A stretch of 64,000 bases of DNA from Octopus bimaculoides (lineage: Eukaryota). This document shows positions 12,421 through 25,188 of this stretch, piece after piece (positions within the stretch are counted from its first letter, which is position 1; each line of letters begins with the position of its first letter). A program made the translations under genes and the position numbers. The notes under the pieces were generated by a model. The model was not told the DNA's origin. It did not search any database and was given only the letters and a program-made list of their open reading frames with translations. The stretch lies in contig NC_068984.1 in assembly GCF_001194135.2 (NCBI RefSeq), forward strand, positions 104,436,343-104,500,342. Direction: 5' to 3'.

Positions 12421-14192
12421 AGTCCTATGCAGGTAAAATACTATAATAGTCAAGTTCATTTTTTCAGTAAACTCCAAACAATTTTTTCATATAAACAGAA
12501 ACTTTTCAAAAAACAGTGGTATAAAATTACTATATTCTCACAACATGAAGCACATCTGCATATTCCATTTCTCCAAAGTTTACTTGTAGATGTTATCTAT
12601 ATATATAAAACTGAGAATGTGTGTATGTGTGTGTGAGTGTGTGTGTCTGTATATGTGAATCCCTAAAACTCAAGAACTACCCAACTGATTTCATTCAAAT
12701 TTTACACATGCATTATGTAAGGTCCATGGAGTGTCATGGGCCAAAAGAATTTTCAGCTTCTTGCCTAATGCGGGCCTGGAGTATTCTTTTAGACTGGTCC
12801 AGTATTATGTGTCAAAAGTGAATATTGTTTCACTTTTATTCTTTCACTTTTAATTCTAATGTGGTAACACTAAGTCCAAGGTATATAAAAGTACACATTT
12901 ATTGTTCAATTACCAGTTAATAATTATTACAGCAGGTGCAAGGTTGCAAGGTATTTACAGTTACATATTAACCCTTAAATTAACATTTAATACATGTGCT
13001 TTATATATATATATATTAAGAAATTTACCTATAATAATTATTGTAGCATTTACCATTAAATTAGCAGTTCATACATGTGCTTCTATTTGGTTAGTTTATC
13101 TATATAAAATTCTTTGTTGAAATCTATCTATAGAAAATTCTTTGTCTGTCTGTCTGTCTGTTCCCAATGCATTCTCAAATGGCTCCACCAAATCAAATCA
13201 AATTTTACAAGGTAATAAGTATCACACTCCACGAGTGTCAACATGTCATTTTTCTTTTCATTTCGATTAAAACAATATATCATTTTACAGAGATAATCTT
13301 TCTATAGTCAAATGTAGTACAGGACATTTTATACTACGATGATAACGTCACATTTTGTATATGAGTGTCTATGTGTTTGTGAGTGTATGTGTGTGAGTGT
13401 ATGAATGTGTATGTGTCTGAGTGAGTGTGTGTGTGTTTCTGTGTTAGAGACGTTATTCAACACATAGACACACATCCACAAATACATATACATATATGAC
13501 ATCTGACACGTGTGAATGTATGTTTGCGTGTGTGTCTCTTACTATATAATATTACACCTCATGACTGTCAATATGTAATTTTTTTCATTTCCATTAAAAC
13601 AATATAACATTTCATAGGCATAATCTTTCTATAGTCAACTATAGTACAGGACATTTTATGAGTGTGTATGTGTCTGTAGTGTGTGTTTGCACGTTCGATA
13701 TGTATGAGATAGTAAAGGACATTTTATACGACGATGGCGCCACATTTTATATATGAGTGTGTATGTGTCTGTGAGTGTATGCTTGTGGGTGAAATACCAA
13801 TAAAAGCAAGGAGGATTGGAGAAAGGCAAGAGTCTCAAAAGACAAGAGACATGAGACTTTTGCATGATCAGCAAAGGCATGCTGCAGCACATCAAATAGA
13901 GTCTCAAGAGAGAAGGGAGATGAGTGTGTATGTTTCTGTGACTGTGTGTGTCTTTCTGTATTAGGTACATTATTAAACATACACACACATCTACACATCA
14001 CATATGTGATGACTGACATGCACAAATGTATGTCTGTATGAGTCTCTCTTACTATATGTATGTGACTGTATGTGACAGTGTATGTGAGTGTATTGTCACA
14101 TTTTATATATGAATGTATATGTGTCTGAGTGTATGGGTGTTTGCACATTCGTTATGTTCATTATTAAACACACACACACACACATCTACACA

Positions 14193-14420
14193 TGTAATGA
14201 GCTGGCAGAAACGTTAGCATGTCGGGTGAAGTGCTTAGTGGTATTTCGTCTGCTGCTATATTCTGAGTTCAAATTCCACCAAGGTCAACTTTGCCTTTCA
14301 TCCTTTTGGGATCGATTAAATAAGTACCAGTTACGCACTGGGGTCGATATAATCGACTTAATCTGTTTGTCTGTCCTTGTTTGTCCCCTCTGTGTGTAGC
14401 CCCATGTGGGTAGTAAAGAA
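14193..14420 (+). mobile_element. tRNA-derived SINE, family B
   Basis: gagctggcagaaacgttagc...gagttcaaattcc...ggtcaactttgcctttcatccttt...aagtaccagt; nested in the Helitron region. Confidence 0.7.
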
Positions 14421-15097
14421 ATAACATGCGACGAGAACAGCTGGAGGTGAAACTCTTGACAAAAAACAATTAGGTGGCATACCCAAGGTTTATAAAAATA
14501 CACATCTACCATTCAATTACCAGTTCATAATTATCGCAGCAGTTGCAAGGTTGCAAAGTATTTACAATTTGCCTATATTTGGTTAATTTACACTGCATAC
14601 AAAATAACAGATATACTATGTACACTGCTTACAAAAAGAGATTAATGTGTATTTTTTTCTATGTTCATAATTTTTTGTTTACAATATCGAAAAAAAATAT
14701 GCCACCAAAGAAAAAAACATTATCTCTCCAGAAACATTTATCAAGCAAGGAGGATTACAGAAAACCAAAGGTGAGAGATAAGGGTCATGAGACATTCTCA
14801 AGATCTGCAAAGGCATGCTGCAGCACATCAGATGGAGTCTCAAAAGAGAAGGGAGATGAAACTTTCCCACAATCAGCAAAAGCATGCTGCAGCATGTTGG
14901 ATGGAGTCTCAAGAGAGAAGGGAGATGAGACTTTCCCAAGATCAGCAAAAGCATACTGCAGCGCTTAATGCTGAATCATTAAAACAACATTTAGCATGCC
15001 AGATTACACAGAGGTCCGATAGAATAACTCTCAAAAACAGAGCACGTACAAATTCGTTCTTCACAACTCCTGGAACTGCTTTCAGATATGAGCCATC

Positions 15098-15585
15098 CCA
15101 TCATCATCATTTAGCGTCCGTTTTTCATGCTGGCATGGGTCGGACAGTTTGACTGAGGTCTGGAAAGCCAGTGGCTGCACCAGGCCTCAATCTGATCTGG
15201 CAATGTTTTTACAACTGGATGCCCTTCCTAACACCGGCCACTCTGAGAGTGTAGTGGCATGTCAGTCAGTCAGGTGGCCCTGGCATCAATCATGATTGAA
15301 TAGTGCTTTTTACGTGCCACTGGCATGGGAGCCAGTCATGGGGCACTGGCATTGGCCACATTCAGATGGTGCTTTTTATGTGCCACCGGCATGGGAGCCA
15401 GTCAGGGGGCACTGGCATTGGCCATGTTTGGATGGAGCTTTTTATGTGCCACCAACACAGGAGCCTGTCAGGCGAACCTGGCATCAACCACGTTCGGATG
15501 GTGCTATTTATGTGCCACCAGCATGGGAGCCAGTCAGGGGGCACTAGCATTGATCACGTTCAGATCGACCATGTTCAGATTGATC
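15098..15585 (-). mobile_element. RTE 3'-end fragment with 66-bp tandem repeat x~4
   Basis: Same 3' UTR as 6884-7250; unit starts at 15303, 15369, 15435, 15501; interrupts the Helitron reading frame. Confidence 0.8.
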
Positions 15586-15746
15586 CATTCTTATAAAAAT
15601 GGCAATTCTGTCCATATTGGTGTGCTAAACTCAAATTGTCGTTTCTGCAAAGCTTTAAAATTTACTCCACAAATGTTTTGTTGTCAACGCTGCACTTTCC
15701 TGTATCACCTATTTCAACATAACTGTAATATATATATATATATATA

Positions 15747-17029
15747 CAATTAAACCTTGGGAGAGGCATTATGCCGGTAATAAACACACGCACTGGTTCA
15801 GTCCTTTATTAATTTATATAGTTTTTTGTTAAATTATTTCATTGCACTCTTGCAATCTCTTCAGTAACTTGTCTCTCCACTTCCATTTATTTTGAATATA
15901 TGATCTGGCGTTGTTTTGGCGTTGTTTCGAAACTGTTTGGTATGAGCATGTGAGTGTGTGCAAGCTCGTATGTGTGCACGCTCATATGTGTGCACGCACT
16001 TATGTGTTCGTGCTTATATATAAGTATGTGCGTCCATATGTGTGTTTGTAACAATTTCGTTTATATCAGATCNNNNNNNNNNNNNNNNNNNNNNNNNNNN
16101 NNNNNNNNNNNNNNNNNNNNNNNNNNNNNNNNNNNNNNNNNNNNNNNNNNNNNNNNNNNNNNNNNNNNNNNNNNNNNNNNNNNNNNNNNNNNNNNNNNNN
16201 NNNNNNNNNNNNNNNNNNNNNNNNNNNNNNNNNNNNNNNNNNNNNNNNNNNNNNNNNNNNNNNNNNNNNNNNNNNNNNNNNNNNNNNNNNNNNNNNNNNN
16301 NNNNNNNNNNNNNNNNNNNNNNNNNNNNNNNNNNNNNNNNNNNNNNNNNNNNNNNNNNNNNNNNNNNNNNNNNNNNNNNNNNNNNNNNNNNNNNNNNNNN
16401 NNNNNNNNNNNNNNNNNNNNNNNNNNNNNNNNNNNNNNNNNNNNNNNNNNNNNNNNNNNNNNNNNNNNNNNNNNNNNNNNNNNNNNNNNNNNNNNNNNNN
16501 NNNNNNNNNNNNNNNNNNNNNNNNNNNNNNNNNNNNNNNNNNNNNNNNNNNNNNNNNNNNNNNNNNNNNNNNNNNNNNNNNNNNNNNNNNNNNNNNNNNN
16601 NNNNNNNNNNNNNNNNNNNNNNNNNNNNNNNNNNNNNNNNNNNNNNNNNNNNNNNNNNNNNNNNNNNNNNNNNNNNNNNNNNNNNNNNNNNNNNNNNNNN
16701 NNNNNNNNNNNNNNNNNNNNNNNNNNNNNNNNNNNNNNNNNNNNNNNNNNNNNNNNNNNNNNNNNNNNNNNNNNATAAGCACGAACACATAAGTGCGTGC
16801 ACACATACGAGCTTGCACACACTCACATGCTCATACCAAACAGTTTCGAAACAACGCCAAAACAACGCCAGATCATATATTCAAAATAAATGGAAGTGGA
16901 GAGACAAGTTACTGAAGAGATTGCAAGAGTGCAATGAAATAATTTAACAAAAAACTATATAAATTAATAAAGGACTGAACCAGTGCGTGTGTTTATTACC
17001 GGCATAATGCCTCTCCCAAGGTTTAATTG
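15747..17029. mobile_element. Foldback/long-TIR DNA transposon (TA target; Tc1/mariner/pogo-like)
   Basis: TA|CAATTAAACC...GGTTTAATTG|TA; arms 15747-~16020 and 16774-17029 are reverse complements except a 16-bp duplication in the left arm; centre is an N gap. Confidence 0.65.
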
Positions 17030-17312
17030 TATTTCTTTCAACAAACGTATCCACATCAAGAATCTTGCACACGAAATACACATACGAAATATATATATAT
17101 ATATATACATACATACATACATACATACAAACCATGCTTTTTAATCCTGAGCAATGCCAGGTATCTCTGCTAGCATATTATATGAGAGTTGAAAAACTGT
17201 AAAATACTTTCTGCAGAGTAATTAGATATGAAAACAGAAGCCTGGAAACAATGGAGAATAAGAAGTACCAAATGTTGTCCAATTTTGTTTACACACACAC
17301 ACACACATGCAC

Positions 17313-17360
<48 letters not shown>

Positions 17361-17439
17361 ACATATTTATATACATTTATACATATGCATATATACATAC
17401 ATACACATACATATACATATATGTATATATGTTCCTTTC

Positions 17440-17775
17440 AAGTGTTGGGCCTTCCATTTGAGTGTTGGGCCTCATGGAGGCAATGACCGAGACCTTTGGC
17501 ATTATGTTGTGCTTGAGAAGAAGATCCATCAAGCTAAGGAAAATCATAGTCATGGCAGATACTGGTGTCATGCAAATGGCACCCATGCCGGTGGCACGTA
17601 AAAGCAACCTTTACATTCTCAGAGTGGCTGGCATTAGGAAGGGCATCCAGCCATAGAAAACCATGCCAAATCAGACTGGAGTCTGGTGCAGCCTTCCAGC
17701 TTGCCATCCCTGGTCAAACCATCCAACCCATGCCAGCATGGACAACAAACATTAAATGATGATGTGATGATGATG
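17440..17775 (+). mobile_element. RTE 3'-end fragment
   Basis: ggcacgtaaaagca...gaagggcatccagc...ccatgccagcatgg...(GAT)n tail. Confidence 0.75.
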
Positions 17776-17781
17776 TATATA

Positions 17782-19477
17782 TTGGGTTGGCAACTAAGTT
17801 TCCGCGGTTTTTAAAAATTTTGGAATTAATTGTATCTTTAAATTTTGGAATCTATTTTTTTTGAGAATTCTATTTTTGAATCATTTTGGAAGCTATTTTT
17901 TTTTTTTCTAGTTAATTTTAGTTAATTTTTGTTTATTTTTAGATCATTAACATGGAATGTCAAGTTAAGAAAAACGAGCATTTTCGACACCTCCTTCTTT
18001 TTGCTTTTAATCAAGGTTCTAAGGCCGCAAAAGCTACTCACGACATTTGTGATGTGTATGGGGAGGGTGCCATAGCTGAAAGAACCGCTCGTGATTGGTA
18101 TGCCAAGTTCAAAAATGAAAATTTTTACCTTAAAGACTCACCTCGTTCTGATCGTCCAGTTGAGTTCGATGAAGAGGAATTAAACCAACTTTTGTACGAA
18201 AATTCTTGTCAAACAACAAGAGAAAATAGAATGCTCCCACACTGATATGGAGAAGCATCTTCACTTGATGGGAAAGGTTCAGAAGTATGGAGCATGGGTT
18301 CCGCATGCTTTAAGTGACAACAACAAAAATCAACAATTCACAATCTTCGCTGGTTTGCTTGCTTGTCACCACTCAACTCATGGACACAAGCAACAATTTC
18401 TTTACCGAATCATTACTGGCGATGAAAAATGGTGCCTATACATCAAAATGAAGCAGCATAAGGAATGGTTTAACCCCGGTAAACAAGCAACACCGCGCAT
18501 GAAATAAGATCTTCATCCATGTAAAACGATGTTGTGTGTATGGTGGGACTGGGAAGGGATTATCCATTACGAATTGCTTGAACAGAACCAAACGGTCAAT
18601 GCGGAACTCTATGTGCAACAGATGGAACGACTCAACATGGCTATTCAAGAGAAAAGATCTAATCATCAGCACAGAGTTCTTCTGCTGCATGACAACGCCC
18701 GCCCTCATATCACCAATATGACCAAGGGAGGCATTCAAACGCATGGCTGGGAAGTACTGCCACACCCACCGTACTCTCCTGATTTGGCACCAACGAATTT
18801 TCCACCTCTTTTGATCTCTTTCAAATGCTATGCGTGGAGTTTCGTTTATAGGAAAGTTGGTTATACATCATTAGATGTGTACCTGACTTTCCTATATAAA
18901 ATAAATGAATATAACGGAACGCTGAACTCCAGACTATCAACTTATACAACATTTATTCAGGTGGTAAATATATACATCTTTAGCTCTTGTTGTTACAACT
19001 TCTGTGTGTGTGAGCATAGTTGTTGGGACGTTGTTACGTAGATGTAAGCGAGCTGTCGAGCGTAAGTTCGAAAGATGAAGAGAGACAGCTAAACACGTAA
19101 AGAGACTGTCTCCAGAGTTGGAATGTTGGAGACACTGCTTGACACGTCCATGCTCATGGCCGGCCGACCGAGAAAGAGATAGAATAGAAGCGGGAACGTT
19201 TGCTTGTTTTATTCCATGCATGCATGAGACTACGCATGCGCACGGCGTTACTACACGTTCAATACTGATGCAAAATTGAGAGCTTGGTTGGATCAATTTT
19301 TCTAGTCGAAATCGGGTGATTTCTACCAACGAGGTATTGAAAATCTTGTTGAACATTGGAAAGAAGTTGTAAACAACAAGGGTGAATACATTATTGATTA
19401 ATTAGTTGTTATTTTTTATTAAACCTTTAAAAAAATTTTAATTTAAAAAAACGACAGGAATTTAGTTGCCAACCCAA
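17782..19477 (+). mobile_element. Mariner DNA transposon, near full length, pseudogenised transposase
   Basis: TIRs TTGGGTTGGCAACTAA at both ends with TA TSD; HFRHLLLF, WYAKF, WVPHAL, RIITGDEKWCLY, LHDNARPH, HPPYSPDLAP; C-terminus resumes after 19260 (...NNKGEYIID*). Confidence 0.95.
18847..19255 (-). mobile_element. Probable solo LTR inserted in the mariner transposase
   Basis: 409-bp insert flanked by 4-bp direct repeat CGTT (18843-46, 19256-59); minus-strand termini TGTAG...CTATA (one mismatch from TG...CA inverted ends); internal AATAAA; removing it restores the transposase frame. Confidence 0.7.
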
Positions 19478-19499
19478 TATATTTGTATATATAGGTATA

Positions 19500-19535
<36 letters not shown>

Positions 19536-20261
19536 CAGATACATACACACACATATACATATGCACATGTGCATATACATACATACATACACACACACAT
19601 ACATACATGTACATATATGTATATAATATTAAATATGTTATAGAAAGTATGGGCTATTTACGGAGTGCTCATAGAGAGCCAATGTGAAAAAATACAGAGT
19701 AGAGGAAATTGAAAATGCAAATCATAGGCAGTCAAACAGATTCCAGAATGCATAAATGAAGATATCCAATCAAAGGAATTGAATCATATATATTTATATA
19801 CATCAACATAAATCATGCAAATACAGGCGTAAAGATTCTCTAAGGGTATAAAGAATAAAACCAAACATACATAACAATATAGAAGAAATATAAAAACATA
19901 CAAATGCATATAAAATTGCATATAAATAAAGATTACATGTAAAGAGTTATGTGTAATAAATATAGGAGGTACAAAACGAATGAGAGGTTGATAAATATAG
20001 GAATAAAAATGTCAACCGTTAAAATGGCAAACTGCCTAAATCGTCTAAAAATTCCTTATACATCTAGGATATAAGATAGAAAAGATATCAAGGTTAAGAA
20101 AAATAAATAAAATAGGATCTGAAAATAGGATGGTGTTCCATCTGCAGCCGTTTTATACATATATGCACACACACACACACAAATATACACACATATATGT
20201 ACATGTATATATATAGATATATATATATATATATATATACACATACACACANNNNNNNNNN

Positions 20262-20300
<39 letters not shown>

Positions 20301-20430
20301 AAAATAAAATATAAGGATAACATCTATAAAAGATTTATCAAGTAGCCAGTGTGGAAAACCAATGGAGGAAAAAAATTAATACAAAGTATATAGTTTTTTT
20401 CCTTAGATATAGAATACATTATTATATTAA

Positions 20431-20643
20431 GGGCTATTACTATAAGTAATGCCTCCAATCATCGATGATTGGAGAGTATATAATACATGCTGACCATAAA
20501 ATCATTAATGATATACAACTAAACCTTTTTTTAAAGGAACTTCTATGTTTATTCCCACAATTTCAGTGCCTGTGTATATGTATTGAAGTAGTTTGACTTT
20601 AGGGTCCTATTACAGTGTGACGTGTTACTTATAGTAATAGCCC
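20431..20643. mobile_element. MITE with TTAA-type target and RR termini (Kolobok-like)
   Basis: TTAA|GGGCTATTACTATAAGTAA...TTACTTATAGTAATAGCCC|TTGA, perfect 19-bp TIR; internal perfect palindrome 20453-20474. Confidence 0.6.
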
Positions 20644-21535
20644 TTGATATAATAATAAAAATTATATATATATATATAAATATATATATACACATATATA
20701 TATATGTATGCATATATACATATAAATATATAACATATNNNNNNNNNNNNNNNNNNNNNNNNNNNNNNNNNNNNNNNNNNNNNNNNNNNNNNNNNNNNNN
20801 NNNNNNNNNNNNNNNNNNNNNNNNNNNNNNNNNNNNNNNNNNNNNNNNNNNNNNNNNNNNNNNNNNNNNNNNNNNNNNNNNNNNNNNNNNNNNNNNNNNN
20901 NNNNNNNNNNNNNNNNNNNNNNNNNNNNNNNNNNNNNNNNNNNNNNNNNNNNNNNNNNNNNNNNNNNNNNNNNNNNNNNNNNNNNNNNNNNNNNNNNNNN
21001 NNNNNNNNNNNNNNNNNNNNNNNNNNNNNNNNNNNNNNNNNNNNNNNNNNNNNNNNNNNNNNNNNNNNNNNNNNNNNNNNNNNNNNNNNNNNNNNNNNNN
21101 NNNNNNNNNNNNNNNNNNNNNNNNNNNNNNNNNNNNNNNNNNNNNNNNNNNNNNNNNNNNNNNNNNNNNNNNNNNNNNNNNNNNNNNNNNNNNNNNNNNN
21201 NNNNNNNNNNNNNNNNNNNNNNNNNNNNNNNNNNNNNNNNNNNNNNNNNNNNNNNNNNNNNNNNNNNNNNNNNNNNNNNNNNNNNNNNNNNNNNNNNNNN
21301 NNNNNNNNNNNNNNNNNNNNNNNNNNNNNNNNNNNNNNNNNNNNNNNNNNNNNNNNNNNNNNNNNNNNNNNNNNNNNNNNNNNNNNNNNNNNNNNNNNNN
21401 NNNNNNNNNNNNNNNNNNNNNNNNNNNNNNNNNNNNNNNNNNNNNNNNNNNNNNNNNNNNNNNNNNNNNNNNNNNNNNNNNNNNNNNNNNNNNNNNNNNN
21501 NNNNNNNNNNNNNNNNNNNNNNNNNNNNNNNNNNN

Positions 21536-21592
<57 letters not shown>

Positions 21593-21809
21593 ATATGTAC
21601 ATATATACAGATGTATCTCCCACACAATACCGATCAACAAACACATTCACATGTATACACAAATGCACATACATTTATCTACTCATATTAATGCACATAG
21701 TTATATCGTTGGACAGTCCATCATAAATACACACACCTCTATACAGATGTGGAGACAGGAAAGGATGGGTTTAATGAAATAAAATAATAATTATAATTTT
21801 TATACACTG

Positions 21810-22310
21810 CTCCATCTGGAAAATACATATTTAGTGTGGTGGTTACACCTAGCAATTTTCTCATCATGCTTGTTCACCAGATTTTCATTATTCAACAGTA
21901 TACTCAATACTTCCTCAAGGCAAAGGTCACATTTGTTGGACAGCGAAATATATGGGTGTGCATCTTTTATTTTTGACCATTCCATTTGGTATTTAATTTA
22001 TGATTCTTTCAGTCCCCATTAGAGGTCTGCCAATGAGGTCACATGTTGTCTATTTACTTTTTGGAATGATGAGATGTGGTTTCAATAAAAGACTTTGAAT
22101 TGGTTTTCTGTAGCACCTATGTACACATATTTAATGTTGGAATGTGGAGATTACGCATTTATATACTATGTCTTCTTGGATACATTGGTTCAAGAGTGGA
22201 CAGGCAGATTTTCTACGGCATGTGCAGTTACTTGTATTCTTATAATTTTATGCTTATCGGGTGGCCTTTTGATTCTGTTTTCATGATGTTCCGTCTGATT
22301 GCTAGTACCT
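21810..22310 (-). mobile_element. Penelope-like element, GIY-YIG remnant
   Basis: CTCRRKSACPLLNQCIQEDIVYKC...YVYIGATENQFK...EWSKIKDAHPY...KCDLCLEE...NLVNKHDEKIARCNH. Confidence 0.8.
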
Positions 22311-22454
22311 GAATACATGCATATTACCAATTAAAGTGATATATGACTGAGCATATACACCAATTCAGAATATATAAATTAATGAACAAATTTTAAAATT
22401 TCATTTTGAATGAGATCAATGTCTCAGATGTGGCTAGTGATTATGTATGTATCA

Positions 22455-22651
22455 CCATCATCATCATCATCATCTAACGTCTGCTTTTCATGTTGGCATG
22501 GATTGGATGGTTTGACAGGAGCTGACAAGGCTGGGGGGGGGGGTTATACCAGACTCCATTATCTGTTCTGGCATGGTTTCTATAGCTGGATGCCCTTCCT
22601 AATGCCAACCACTTCTCAGAGTGTAATGGGTAATTTTTATGTGCCACCATC
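22455..22651 (-). mobile_element. RTE 3'-end fragment
   Basis: (CAT)n then ctaacgtctgcttttcatgttggcatgg...ggatgcccttcctaatgccaacc. Confidence 0.75.
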
Positions 22652-23131
22652 AGTGCTTTTTATGTGGTACCAGCACCAGTGCTTTTTATGTGGTACCAGC
22701 ACCAGTGCTGTTAATGTGGTACCAGCACCAGTGCTTTTAATGTGGTACCAGCACCAGTGCTTTTAATGTGGTACCACCATCAGTGCTTTTTATGTGGTAC
22801 CAGCACCAGTGCTTGTTATGTGGTACCAGCACCAGTGCTTTTTATGTGGTACCAGCACCAGTGCTGTTAATGTGGTACCAGCACCAGTGCTTTTAATGTG
22901 GTACCAGCACCAGTGCTTTTAATGTGGTACCAGCACCAGTNNNNNNNNNNAGTGCTTTTTATGTGGTACCAGCACCAGTGCTTTTTATGTGGTACCAGCA
23001 CCAGTGCTTTTTATGTGGTACCAGCACCAGTGCTTTTTATGTGGTACCAGCACCAGTGCTTTTTATGTGGTACCACCATCAGTGGTTGTTATGTGGTACC
23101 AGTACCAGTGCTTTTTATGTGGTACCAGCAC
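22652..23131. repeat. 26-bp minisatellite x~18 grown from the RTE 3' UTR
   Basis: agtgctttttatgtggtaccagcacc units; 10-N gap at 22941-50. Confidence 0.9.
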
Positions 23132-23399
23132 TAGTATAAATTCTATTGTGGTGGATGTGTCTTCTTGAATACAGCAAGATGTCAGGTGTCTCAGTCCTTT
23201 ATCATCTCCTTCATAAGGTTCAGTGTCTTGAAATTGGCCTTCAGTACTTCATCCCATGTCTTTTTGGGTCTCCCTCTTCCATGAGTTCCATCTACTTTAA
23301 GCAATCAGCACTTCTGTATGCAACTGTCTACATCCATACATATAACATGACTGAACCAGTGCAGTCTTCTCTCTTGCACACAGCATGTAATTCCTCTTA

Positions 23400-24190
23400 T
23401 ACCTAACTTTTCTCTCAATACACTAGCACTCCATCACACTTGTACACTGACATAGCACATCCAGTGGAGCATACTAGCTTCATTCCTCATTAGTTTTCGC
23501 ATGTCCTTTGTATTCAGTGTTCAGATCTGACTACCTTGTAGCATTATTGTTTGTATGCATGCATCATACAATCTTCACTACATTTGGAGAGAGAAAGACC
23601 TTTGGTTGCCAACAGAGGTAAAAGCTCTCTGAATTTCCTCCATCCTATTCTTATTCTAGTGATTACACTTTCTGCAGATCCTCTTGCTCTGCTAATTAGG
23701 TCCCCTAGGTAGCAGAAATTATCCATTACCTCTAAAAAGCTTCTGGGGCATTTGAAAAAATCAATTTCCCAAGTATCTGTAGTTTTTATGGCTCCTGTGC
23801 ATCTTCCATATAAAAACACTACCTTTTTTGATAACCTTCCTATTATTCCACTGCACATCTTGTGTGTCCATAGCTTGCACTGGGTACACTATATGGAATT
23901 TCTACCTACACTTTTCCTACATATCAAGCAGGGTCATTTACCTGATGGGGGAAGTGTCCTGTCCATTTTCTTGCTTACTAGAACCTTAGTGTTTGTTAAG
24001 TTAACCTTAAGTCCCTTTAATTTCAGGTTTTGTTTTCACACCAGGAACTCCTTTTCTAGTTCTGTTAGAGAATATGCTATGACAGCAAGGTCATCAGCAC
24101 ATAGCAGGGGCAGCCGGTCTTGAATTCCTCTGTTATGACCTGGAGGATGATGATGAATAGGAGGGGACTGAGAACTGTACTCTCATGTAT
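23400..24190 (-). mobile_element. Decayed RTE LINE RT fragment
   Basis: LEVMDNFCYLGDLIS...RIRIGWRKFRELLPLLATKGLSL; YADD-like region near 24095-24115. Confidence 0.75.
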
Positions 24191-25188
24191 GCCTTCCTGT
24201 ACATTATATACATATACACATATATATATATTTACATCTCCATCTGTCTGTTTGTCTGTTTATCTATCTTCCTATCAATCTATCTATCTATACAAATGTT
24301 TTCTTTCAGCTTCCATTTCCAAAATCCTAATATATGTTAATTTATGTGAAAGAAACAGGAAATATATTCCTAACTGTGGTTCCATTTGGCTTGTTGACCT
24401 GATGTGTCAGCAAGTTTAAACCTGCCGATGTGTATGGTTAGTCAACCAAACATAAAGTACAAAAAGTACTTTTTCTCTAGCTTCCTTGAGTCAAGTAAAC
24501 CAATATGCCTTATTTGGAGGCCAATAGGCAATGTCTACACTAATGAATATTTGGGATAGAAAGTCAATCCCTTAACCATTATTATGGCAAAATTTAGTAT
24601 TTTATGATGTAAATTTAATTTTTTCTATAGAATAGCAATTTTAAATAGAAATAAACATGAAGAAGAAAAGCTTGCAAAATTAACAATTCTATTATTAAAG
24701 AGAATTTTTTTTACTTATTGAGTCTGGAGGGGGACCAGAGCCCATAATAATCCTCACATGCCCTCTGAGACAAGTTGATGCCATTAGTGTTTTGTTTAAA
24801 CTGTTACAGGTCAATACTTGCAGGAAAGGCATGAGTGGGGAGGAGATCCCAAAGAGACAATGTTTTGGGGAAGAAGGATTGAGAATAGTAGTTGGTCTAA
24901 GAAAAAGGGGTTATATGTATAATTAAAACATAAAATTTAACATCTCATATGTAACAAACAAGATGGATTATAGCTTGTATTTTTCTCTTTTGTTAGATTG
25001 CTGGTAAAGCAACAATTAATCTTGTTTTACTTTCTCCAGTTTCCTCTCTTTGTTGGTTTATTAAGTGTCCAGACTCTAATGTAGAGTTTAAGACAATCCA
25101 AATAAAAGAATATTCTAGATTAGACATTTTTGGTTCAGACATTAATAATATGTTATCATTTTTTTGTTTGTCTTCACTAACATGGTCT

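Larger units (their letters stand above)
12596..15700 (+). mobile_element. Decayed Helitron-derived complex with internal duplications
   Basis: A|TCTATATATATAAA 5' terminus at 12596 and a similar TCTAT...(GTCT)n terminus near 13100-13160; 22-aa repeats RLSQDQQKHAAA..MESQERREM; TAFRYEP...VHIGVLNSNCRFCKALKF....CC matches the Helitron N-terminal Cys-rich motif. Confidence 0.7.

Noticed and set aside
22652-23131. CRISPR-like appearance of the 26-bp array with a palindromic core
   Set aside because: Units are head-to-tail with no unique spacers, no cas genes, eukaryotic context
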